56,304 nucleotides of DNA from a virus (lineage: Duplodnaviria > Caudoviricetes): positions 1 to 56,304 of IMG/VR virus record IMGVR_UViG_3300027972_000013. The stretch is one strand, 5' to 3'. The notes under the pieces were generated by a model. It saw only the letters and a program-made list of their open reading frames with translations. It did no database searches and was not told where the DNA came from. Position numbers and translations under genes: made by a program. Positions 9,014-16,220 of the stretch are shown here, piece by piece (position 1 is the first letter of the stretch; each line of letters starts with the position of its first letter).

Positions 9014-9306
9014 GTCTCCTCCTTCAGGGCTGCGTCTATGCGGGCCGCCAGATCCGCGCTTATCGTGCAGGCCATGGCTTCTCCGAGCAGACAAGCGAGC
9101 CGGTCCTCGCGCGGGCGGCGGTTCCACAGGCCAACTGCCTGGCGTATTGCTTCCTCCATCTTGCCAGCGACCACACGGACTTCGGGGCCGTACATTCTGC
9201 AACCATTGGCGCATTTGACGACGGCGAAGGCGGCTCCATCACGCTGCCAGCGGATTGCCTCTCCAGCGCCATCGCATAGCGGACACGGCTTGATCTTCTC
9301 ACTCAC
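9010..9306 (-). CDS. Lar-family (restriction alleviation-like) zinc-finger protein
   Basis: KIKPCPLCDG...VKCANGC...AVGLWNRR. Confidence 0.65.
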   Translation of the reverse strand: MSEKIKPCPLCDGAGEAIRWQRDGAAFAVVKCANGCRMYGPEVRVVAGKMEEAIRQAVGLWNRRPREDRLACLLGEAMACTISADLAARIDAALKEET

Positions 9307-9586
9307 GGGCTTCCTCCTTCGCGGCACGGATCGCCCTTGCGCAACAACCAGCATCCTCTCCTGATGCGCGTTCATATAGGCGCGTGTCTGCCGCATCTTC
9401 CGCGCAGACTCTATGAACGATCAGATCGCAGATCCTCGCAGCCTCTTCGAGCGCGTCGCGGCGGGCGTCGCCGTACTCGCGCTTGAGGATCGCGGCGATG
9501 TCGTCAAGCTGCGCATCGGTCATGGCGAATCCGCATAGCGGCCCGACTCTGAGTTGTGCGACTACTTCCTCATGCTTGTCAGGCAT
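9299..9586 (-). CDS. hypothetical protein (RRDALEEAARIC family)
   Basis: MPDKHEE start with SD AAGGAGG; paralogous to the 3' part of 54098-54595. Confidence 0.55.
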   Translation of the reverse strand: MPDKHEEVVAQLRVGPLCGFAMTDAQLDDIAAILKREYGDARRDALEEAARICDLIVHRVCAEDAADTRLYERASGEDAGCCARAIRAAKEEARE

Positions 9587-9610
9587 CGGGGGCCTCCTTC
9601 GGCCTCTTCG

Positions 9611-9737
9611 CTCGCAGGCGTTCCAGCAGGCGACAAGATGCTCGGCGTTCGCCCATGCCTCTTGCTGACCATCCGCGCAACGCGAACGGGCATCGTTCTC
9701 TTTTCCGAACCCGGCAAGGACGTTGTCGCGCGCGTCC
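9611..9737. repeat. exact 127-bp copy of the window end (56178-56304)
   Basis: Identity begins at CTCGCAGGCG and runs to the last base of the window. Confidence 0.97.
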
Positions 9738-9844
9738 ACACCCGCAACAATCGCGCCATCTCCGCCCAATATCGTGAACTGACAGCGTCCATCGAGTAGC
9801 CGATCCTTGATCGCCAATCGTCCCGGCGTGTGCTTTGTGGTCAT
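9611..9844 (-). CDS. 5' part of phage KHTPG...ALAKARGE family protein; completed by 56040-56177 across the circular join
   Basis: MTTKHTPG...ANAEHLVACWNACE continues as GINPEAVPEII...ALAKARGEA* via the repeat. Confidence 0.7.
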
Positions 9845-9862
9845 GCTCTCCACCTCCGCACC

Positions 9863-9891
9863 ATCATACCATGCAAGCCCGGCCAATACAA
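9863..9891 (-). promoter_or_regulatory. sigma70-like promoter downstream of TerL A
   Basis: TTGTAT-17-TATGAT (TG-extended), SD GGAGGTG, ATG 9844. Confidence 0.6.
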
Positions 9892-9892
9892 G

Positions 9893-11203
9893 TCACAGCG
9901 ACACCGAGCCCACGCTGATCGTTCGATCGTGCAGCATCAGTTCGCTTAGGCCATGCACCATCGCGTCTAGCCTGTCCGGGCTCCAGTCTGTGTCGCCGTC
10001 CCAGTTGCAGAGCTGGTCCTCGAGCTCGGGGAAGATGCCAACATGATGGATGCGCCCTTGTTCGTAGAGGCTGGCGATCGGCTCGGCGCGCACCACCTTG
10101 CCACGCATGGCAGACACCGCCCGATACGAGACGGACGGATCGAGCGTTCGTAGGTTCGCCTCAACGAGGTCGCCGCCCTGGTTGACTTCGGCGATCACCG
10201 CATCCGCCTTCCATCGGTAGTAGGCCTCGATCGCCTTGCGCCCCCACTGCTGCGGCGTGTAGCGCCCCGATAGATCCTCGAGCACGTAGCCTTCCTCGCC
10301 GAGACAGCCAGCCACGATGATCCCCGTCTCGTCACTCGTCTTCTGCGCCGTCACCGCGGGGTCGATCGCTACCACCACACGCTTGAGGTCGGGGGCTGTC
10401 CGTATACGCACCTTCTCGATTAGCTCCCGCGTCCACAGCGCGCCCGGCACCTCCTCGAGCATGTCTCCGTAGAGCTCCTGTTGCCCAAGCGTCGTGCCCT
10501 CGTACTTCTTCACGATCTGCTCGTAGAACGCACCGGCAAGGTTCGGTCGGTTCTCGTAGGTGGACCCACGGATGACCGCCGTGGTCGGAGAGGAGATAAG
10601 GTCGCGGATGAGCGTCTTGGGCTTCGGTGTGGTCGTCACTACGCAGCGCGGATTGTCACCCAGGCGCAGCCCGAACATCAGCATGTCCCACGCCTCGGCG
10701 TAGCGCCAACTCGCTACCTCATCGCACCACGCGCCGTCATGCTGCGGGCCTCTCAGTCGCTCGGGCTCGTCGGCTGAGTAGGTCGTCGCCATCGCGCCAT
10801 TCTTCCAGGTGATCCGGCGCTTGCTTGGCTCGTACAGCGGCTTGTCCCAACTCGGGCAACACGATAGGACACCCGACTCTCCTTCGATCATCACGTCTCT
10901 AGCGTCTGCCGCAGTCGGGGCAACGATCGCCATGCGCTTGCACGCCCCGCCCTCTACTTGCGCCCGCACCCACTCAGCGCCCGCGCGAGTCTTTCCGAAC
11001 CCGCGCCCGGTGAGGAGCAACCACACGCGCCAGTCACCCGGAGGCGGAAGTTGCTTGGGCCGCGCTATCGCTTCCCAGCAGTACGCTCCCCGCTCTATCT
11101 CGTTAGGGTGCTGCGCTAGGTGAGCCTGAATCCTCGCCGCCGCTTGCGAGTCTAGCGAGTCGATCCAAGAACGCTCTTCCTCGGTCGCTGATTTCAAGCC
11201 CAA
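9893..11203 (-). CDS. terL: terminase large subunit A (RcGTA-like Terminase_6 type)
   Basis: TGRGFGKTRAGAEWV, ADEPERLRGPQ, AWCDE, VTTTPKP, VAIDPA...SPDRLDA. Confidence 0.93.
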   Translation of the reverse strand: MGLKSATEEERSWIDSLDSQAAARIQAHLAQHPNEIERGAYCWEAIARPKQLPPPGDWRVWLLLTGRGFGKTRAGAEWVRAQVEGGACKRMAIVAPTAADARDVMIEGESGVLSCCPSWDKPLYEPSKRRITWKNGAMATTYSADEPERLRGPQHDGAWCDEVASWRYAEAWDMLMFGLRLGDNPRCVVTTTPKPKTLIRDLISSPTTAVIRGSTYENRPNLAGAFYEQIVKKYEGTTLGQQELYGDMLEEVPGALWTRELIEKVRIRTAPDLKRVVVAIDPAVTAQKTSDETGIIVAGCLGEEGYVLEDLSGRYTPQQWGRKAIEAYYRWKADAVIAEVNQGGDLVEANLRTLDPSVSYRAVSAMRGKVVRAEPIASLYEQGRIHHVGIFPELEDQLCNWDGDTDWSPDRLDAMVHGLSELMLHDRTISVGSVSL

Positions 11204-11561
11204 CGCCTCCGCTCAACTCCATCTTCTCGGGAAGGCTCACGCCCGACATCTCAATGATCGCCTTCGCCGCGTTCACCTTCGCCGCAGCCGGGGACTTCTC
11301 GTCGCCAAGGACGTCGAGCAGCGCCTCGATTCCCTTGTCCGCCCCGCCAAGCAGCTTGTCTCGACTCGCCGTGCGGATTAGGTCGCGGATCGCATCAAGC
11401 TCGGCCACCACCACGGCAGAGCCAAGGAAGTTCTCGTAGGCGTTCTTCGCAGTAGATTCAGCCGCGCCCGCCTTCAACGCTGCGTCCTTAGCATTCTTGA
11501 AGCCGTTCGCCACGTACTCCTCGACGAACTTCCTCTGGAGCGTGGTCAGATCGTCAGCCAT
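11103..11561 (-). CDS. terS: terminase small subunit A
   Basis: LTTLQRKFVEEYVANGFKNAKDAALKAG HTH; overlaps TerL A start. Confidence 0.8.
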   Translation of the reverse strand: MADDLTTLQRKFVEEYVANGFKNAKDAALKAGAAESTAKNAYENFLGSAVVVAELDAIRDLIRTASRDKLLGGADKGIEALLDVLGDEKSPAAAKVNAAKAIIEMSGVSLPEKMELSGGVGLEISDRGRAFLDRLARLASGGEDSGSPSAAP

Positions 11562-11578
11562 GTCTCTCCGTATACGCA

Positions 11579-11821
11579 TCAGCCATGGTCGGGCCTCTTC
11601 TCTCTGTGCCAACCAGATCGCGTCAACACCGGCTCCCACCACTCGCCGTCAATGGACGCCCCGAGGATGTCGTCCGGCTCCACATAGGCAACAAGAATGT
11701 CGTCACGCATCACCGGAATCAGCATCTCTGCCCCATCGCGCACTTCCCTCCGCGCGCCGAATCGTTGAAGAATCGGCAAGGCCGCCAACTGCGCTTCCGT
11801 CTTGATATGCTCTTGGCTCAC
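11579..11821 (-). CDS. hypothetical protein
   Basis: 80-aa ORF translationally coupled to upstream gene. Confidence 0.45.
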   Translation of the reverse strand: MSQEHIKTEAQLAALPILQRFGARREVRDGAEMLIPVMRDDILVAYVEPDDILGASIDGEWWEPVLTRSGWHREKRPDHG

Positions 11822-12246
11822 AGCAACTCCCCCGCCTCTCTCCGCGCGATGTAGTCAGTCAGCTCATACGGATCGCGGTCGCGTATACGTCGCGCCGGAT
11901 TGCCCGCCACGATCATCTCGGGCGGCACGTTCTCGGTAACAACCGCCCCCGCCCCGACGATTGACCCCGCGCCAACTGTTACGCCCGGAAGGATGATCGC
12001 CCCGTAGCCGATGTAGCAGTTGTCCCCGATCACGCACCGCTCTCCCTCTAGCTGAAATGGCCCATGCGACAACAGCGCCGCCTCTCCGGCAATCACGCAG
12101 TTGCGCCCGATCCTCACCTTCTCGGGGAAGACGAGATCAACGCAGCCCCACACCTGGCAGTTCTCGCCAACCTCAACACCGCGGCGACGCAACTCCTCGA
12201 TGTCGCAGCGTATACGCTCTCTTAGCTGCGCCTCTTGACTCGTCAT
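11818..12246 (-). CDS. hexapeptide-repeat (LbH) O-acyltransferase 2
   Basis: VIGDNCYIGYGAIILPGVTVGAGSIVGAGAVVTENVPPEMIVAGNPAR. Confidence 0.88.
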   Translation of the reverse strand: MTSQEAQLRERIRCDIEELRRRGVEVGENCQVWGCVDLVFPEKVRIGRNCVIAGEAALLSHGPFQLEGERCVIGDNCYIGYGAIILPGVTVGAGSIVGAGAVVTENVPPEMIVAGNPARRIRDRDPYELTDYIARREAGELL

Positions 12247-12322
12247 CCGTCACCGCCAAGAACTAGAGGGGGTGGGGTCAAATGAAAGCCGTCAGCGGCG
12301 AGAAGGGGGTAGGTCTTTTTCA

Positions 12323-12634
12323 TCACCAACCCCCTACCGCCAACTTCCCAAGCAGGTCGCCCCATCTCATCAACACCAGCGTCTCGCCGCGATCCTGGCG
12401 AAACACCACCCCGTCCGCGCCGTCCGGTATCGCTAGGTACTCGGCCACTCTCGCCCGCCGCTTGGCCTGGAGGCGGCAACCTTGGACAAGCAGATCAACC
12501 GCTTCGCCCTCGCCAAGCGCCCGCCCGTTCGACCCCCACGCCCGCTCTGCCTCAAGCCCGTGCGCGACGGCCTCGTTGACCAATTCTCGCTCAAAGCCAG
12601 ATCCCTTCCGCTTGCTACCCGCGCCCAAGGTCAA
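12323..12634 (-). CDS. Holliday junction resolvase-like PD-(D/E)XK nuclease
   Basis: KRKGSGFERELV...VDLLV..RLQAKRR. Confidence 0.7.
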   Translation of the reverse strand: MTLGAGSKRKGSGFERELVNEAVAHGLEAERAWGSNGRALGEGEAVDLLVQGCRLQAKRRARVAEYLAIPDGADGVVFRQDRGETLVLMRWGDLLGKLAVGGW

Positions 12635-12860
12635 TCTCCCCCAGAGACCTCTCGCCCCTTACGTCCTTCACCACAACTTCCATCACGCCGCGCCCCTTGT
12701 CGTACAGACACTCCACCCGCGCAACGTCCTTCTCCCCTCGAGAGAACGTCCAGGTCGGCGCGTCTCCGTCCTCGATGTTGTAGCCCTCTCGCCCCATCCC
12801 AAACACCTCGCCAACAGCTAACCCGATAGCCCAGCGAGCGGACAAGGAAGATCCGCTCAC
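12615..12860 (-). CDS. hypothetical protein
   Basis: GTG coupled to upstream TGA. Confidence 0.4.
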   Translation of the reverse strand: MSGSSLSARWAIGLAVGEVFGMGREGYNIEDGDAPTWTFSRGEKDVARVECLYDKGRGVMEVVVKDVRGERSLGEIDLGRG

Positions 12861-13231
12861 GGAGCCACCCTCGCCGGACATCCGTATACGGTCGCGCCCG
12901 CCGGAACGTCACGGTTCACAAACGAGCACGCCCCGACGGTCGCCAAATCCCCAATCGTCACGCCGGGCATCACAACGGAGTTCGCGCCAACGCCCGCCCC
13001 GCGCCCTATCGTCACCTTGCCCCGCTTGCCGTCAATCGTCGAGACAGAGTAGACAGCGCAATGCGCCCCAAGCTGAGCCCCGTAACCGATCTCGACGCCC
13101 TCTTCGGCCTGGATGTAGGTGAATGCCCCGATGTCGGTATGCTCCCCCAACTCGAGACGCTCGGGGCAGCGCACGATCCATCCCCACTTCGTCGGCACTC
13201 CATCCTCGATGACGGGGCGCTCCCAGGTCAT
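12857..13231 (-). CDS. hexapeptide-repeat (LbH) O-acyltransferase 1
   Basis: LGEHTDIGAFTYI...VTIGRGAGVGANSVVMPGVTIG...GCPAR. Confidence 0.88.
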   Translation of the reverse strand: MTWERPVIEDGVPTKWGWIVRCPERLELGEHTDIGAFTYIQAEEGVEIGYGAQLGAHCAVYSVSTIDGKRGKVTIGRGAGVGANSVVMPGVTIGDLATVGACSFVNRDVPAGATVYGCPARVAP

Positions 13232-13404
13232 TTCTTCCCTCGCGATGGATGGAATTGGACCGCTGTCTTGGGAGGCATCCGCACCATCGCCCCAGTCGCC
13301 CCACACGCGGTACAGGCCATCCGCTTGTCGGCATCCTCGGGGCGATCAACTAAGACAAAGTCCTGCTCGCCGCAGACTTCGCACTCAAAGGTGTATCGAA
13401 TCAT
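13228..13404 (-). CDS. FmdB-like zinc-ribbon protein (58 aa)
   Basis: Manual translation MIRYTFECEVCG...MACTACGATGAMVRM. Confidence 0.6.
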   Translation of the reverse strand: MIRYTFECEVCGEQDFVLVDRPEDADKRMACTACGATGAMVRMPPKTAVQFHPSRGKK

Positions 13405-13473
13405 GTTGCCAAGATTGGCGCTGGGTTGTATACGAATCGCGGCTGCAACCGCTGCGTCACTTGTCCCTCACCC

Positions 13474-13743
13474 CTAGTTCTCTTTCATTGTACCACTCTG
13501 TACCCCGGAAACCAAGCGATCTAGCTGGCGTCCGGGCATTTCGTAGTCGATCTTCGTCACCGATCCATCATGGACATTGACGTGGCATTGCATGTCGGCA
13601 TGGAGTAGAGCGTACCGCGAGAATCTCGCCATCTCCTCTACGTTCCTCTTTGACAGCGCCGCCGCGCTTAGTATCGCCATCACGTCCTGAGCATTGAGAG
13701 CAAAGTGTTCGCCAACCACTTCCATCGCCGACTCCCAGGGCAT
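13474..13743 (-). CDS. hypothetical protein
   Basis: 89-aa ORF with G-rich SD. Confidence 0.5.
   Translation of the reverse strand: MPWESAMEVVGEHFALNAQDVMAILSAAALSKRNVEEMARFSRYALLHADMQCHVNVHDGSVTKIDYEMPGRQLDRLVSGVQSGTMKEN
13487..13515 (-). promoter_or_regulatory. sigma70-like promoter
   Basis: TTGGTT-17-TACAAT with TG extension. Confidence 0.45.
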
Positions 13744-13859
13744 CCCCCCCCCTCATAGCCCTGATTGGGTCCAGAATGTGGGGACTTGCGTTACTCGTCT
13801 CCGCATTCGCAGCAGCGAGCATCGTCCTAGCTATATCATACACGAATCGCTTGCTTTGT

Positions 13860-14714
13860 CTAGCTTGCTGTGATTGGTACAGACTCCGCCTCACTGTCTG
13901 TTGTGATCGCTTGAAACCACTCAATCACAGGGACATCATCACCCCCCGGCCTAATCAGCTTGCCCCCTTCTGCTCTCATCCCGTAGACCGTCTTCCCGAT
14001 CTTCACGAGGACGTCGCCAGGCTGCATCTCATCCCTGAGCCCGTCTTCGTTCGCTGTCCGATAGTAGGTCGGTCCCTCTCCGCACAGGCGCAGATAGAAG
14101 AACGCCCGATCTTCCTTGTCACCACCCGCCTCTCTCAGCCGCTTCGCGTACTCGGCCTCCGTCTCATCGGGCAGCCAGTCGAGTTGGATCATCCTCCCTT
14201 CTCCGTACCGCTTCGCTAACCTAGTGGCCTTCGTCCCATCCCATCCCCGCGCCGCGCAATACTCCTTCCAGCTACGCGAATCCTGGTCGAGCGACTTCCA
14301 GGCATCGTCAGCCCACAGCCGCCACACGTCCTTCGCTACGTCCCCGTCGATTCTGTGGAGGCCCTGTATGCGCGCCTCGACCGGCTCTAGCTCCTCGGCC
14401 AGTTTGCGACGGTGGAACCACAAGCGAGAGTGGGGGATCTTGCGATGCTCGATGTCCATGACCTCGAGCGCGCCACCGCCCCACCTAGCGATGATGAGGC
14501 TGCCCGCAGTGACTTTGGCATGGTCGTCTAGGCAGAGCGTGATGCAGTTCTCTACCGTGTCGAGTTCGTCCGAGCCTCCCATTCCGAGCGGGTTGACATG
14601 ATGCACTTGGAGGCAGCCGCGCTGATCGAGGTCGCGGCCATCTCTTCCACACACTTGACAGCGGAACCCGTCGCGCTCGAGAGCCGCCGCCCTCACCGCT
14701 TCGCTCCGACTCAC
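13860..14714 (-). CDS. HNH endonuclease domain protein with extended C-terminus
   Basis: RDGFRCQVCG...LQVHHV...GGSD...NCITLC..DH. Confidence 0.8.
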   Translation of the reverse strand: MSRSEAVRAAALERDGFRCQVCGRDGRDLDQRGCLQVHHVNPLGMGGSDELDTVENCITLCLDDHAKVTAGSLIIARWGGGALEVMDIEHRKIPHSRLWFHRRKLAEELEPVEARIQGLHRIDGDVAKDVWRLWADDAWKSLDQDSRSWKEYCAARGWDGTKATRLAKRYGEGRMIQLDWLPDETEAEYAKRLREAGGDKEDRAFFYLRLCGEGPTYYRTANEDGLRDEMQPGDVLVKIGKTVYGMRAEGGKLIRPGGDDVPVIEWFQAITTDSEAESVPITAS

Positions 14715-15715
14715 CTCACACGCTCCTTCTCGTCTACGACTACTCCCCGCGCCTCAAGCCGCGCCTTGATGTCTGCCGCCCGCTCCTCGTGCCGCTGTTG
14801 CGCGGCCTGGAGGCCAGCGATCTTCTGCCTGTCCTCCGGCGTGAGAACGTCACGCTGCCGCTCTAGTCCGATTTCGGTTGCCGCAGAACGCGCCGCAGAT
14901 AGACACCGCTTGTACTGTGCCAGCATCTCATCCCCCGCCTCGTCTGTAGACGCTTTGTCTCCGTTTGCAGACTTTCTGTCTACGGGCTTCGGCGGTTGCT
15001 GGTAGTCCTTCCATCTCTCCTGGCCCAACCAGGTCGCCGCGTGCGCGATGAACCGTTCTTCAGTTGCCTCCAGCCGACACGCCTGTGAGTAGTGGCGCTT
15101 GCCGATCGCCAGCTCTTCCTTCGTCGCACCGTTCTTCCGCGCCGCAACGTACTTCTCCTCGGACTTCTTTCGGTTGACGCGACGTGGGTAGCCTGGTTCG
15201 CCATCCTCACCAGACCACCAGGCGGAGAACTCAGAGGCGATGACTTCCTTCTGAGAACGCTCCCTCGGCTTGGCCGAGGAAGAATACTCTTCTCTAATAC
15301 TCTCTCTACTACTAACACTAGAGCTTCCCGACTCGGGTAGGGATGATGCCCTACTCGGGCAGGGATGAGACCCTACCGGGGCAGGGATGGGAAGTCCCTT
15401 CCCGATCTGGGTAGGGATGGGAACAAGGCGGCGATCTCGCTTGCCGCTCGGCCCATAGGTGCGGGTCAAGTAGCCTCTGTTGACAAGGGAAGAAACGTAT
15501 GCCTCGACGGTTCGCTCGGCGTATCCGAGTTGATCTCCGAGCCATTCATTCGACGCGAAGCACTCGCCCGTCTTCGTCGAGAGTCCATTGATCCTGCCCC
15601 ACAAAACCTTCTCCCCCATGCATAGCTCAGAGGATGCCAGGATGTGTGGCGGGATGAGAACCCAACCGACGTCAGACTCTGCGTCGTGCGCTACTTGTCC
15701 CATGCTCTCCCTCAC
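14711..15715 (-). CDS. phage replication initiator (N-terminal wHTH, C-terminal YP.../TWL..ERW domain)
   Basis: CFASNEWLGDQLGYAERTV...LVNRGYL; YPRRVNRKKS...HAATWLGQERWKD. Confidence 0.75.
   Translation of the reverse strand: MRESMGQVAHDAESDVGWVLIPPHILASSELCMGEKVLWGRINGLSTKTGECFASNEWLGDQLGYAERTVEAYVSSLVNRGYLTRTYGPSGKRDRRLVPIPTQIGKGLPIPAPVGSHPCPSRASSLPESGSSSVSSRESIREEYSSSAKPRERSQKEVIASEFSAWWSGEDGEPGYPRRVNRKKSEEKYVAARKNGATKEELAIGKRHYSQACRLEATEERFIAHAATWLGQERWKDYQQPPKPVDRKSANGDKASTDEAGDEMLAQYKRCLSAARSAATEIGLERQRDVLTPEDRQKIAGLQAAQQRHEERAADIKARLEARGVVVDEKERVR
15285..15425. repeat. iterons / putative replication origin within the initiator gene
   Basis: GGGYAGGGATG x4 at 15335, 15357, 15379, 15409 next to a low-GC tract (15285-15320). 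Confidence 0.6.
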
Positions 15716-15767
15716 TAGCTGACTGCAATCAGCCGATCACATTGTAGCACATCTCGAGCCTCGAGAC

Positions 15768-16220
15768 CTATCCAAACCGCAATTCCAGCGACAGGAAGTG
15801 GAACTCTCGCAACCATGCCGGAGGGAGCCACATGTTCTCGTCGTTCTGCTCCGGCCTGTTCCACTCGACCACGTCATTCGACGGCCACCACTCCATCTCG
15901 AGGCCCCAGTAGTCCGCTGGGTAGTACATCCAGCCGAGCGCCTGGAATTGACGGACGTGGTTGAGCTCGTGGCGCAGGATGTACTCCTCCTTCTCCGTCC
16001 CGCGCAGCCGCTCGTTCAAGACAACCGTGTTGAAGAACGTGAACGCCGACCCCGGCGTCTCATCCGCGTAGACGAGAAACACTGGATCGACATGCACCGC
16101 CGCGCTGTAGAAGTTCACATCCACCGACACCTTCCACTCGTACACGCTGATCTTGTCCAGCCCGCCAGCGTTCGAGATGGCAATCAGGAACGCCGCGATG
16201 GCCGCGATACCGTTGAGCAC
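15768..16220 (-). CDS. HEXXH metallopeptidase-like protein with hydrophobic N-terminus
   Basis: ILRHELNHVRQ; N-terminal IAAIAAFLIAI; SD GGAGG. Confidence 0.6.
   Translation of the reverse strand: MLNGIAAIAAFLIAISNAGGLDKISVYEWKVSVDVNFYSAAVHVDPVFLVYADETPGSAFTFFNTVVLNERLRGTEKEEYILRHELNHVRQFQALGWMYYPADYWGLEMEWWPSNDVVEWNRPEQNDENMWLPPAWLREFHFLSLELRFG

Noticed and set aside
9299-9886. Single 195-aa gene as listed in the ORF track
   Set aside because: Appears to be a fusion created by the 9610/9611 junction; the internal SD and ATG at 9586 and the circular continuation explain both halves better
9893-11203. Gene transfer agent
   Set aside because: TerL is RcGTA-like, but the element has its own replication initiator, recombinase and early genes and no host flanks
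15335-15419. CRISPR mini-array
   Set aside because: Repeats are 11 bp with 11-19 bp gaps inside a coding region; iterons fit better and no cas genes are present
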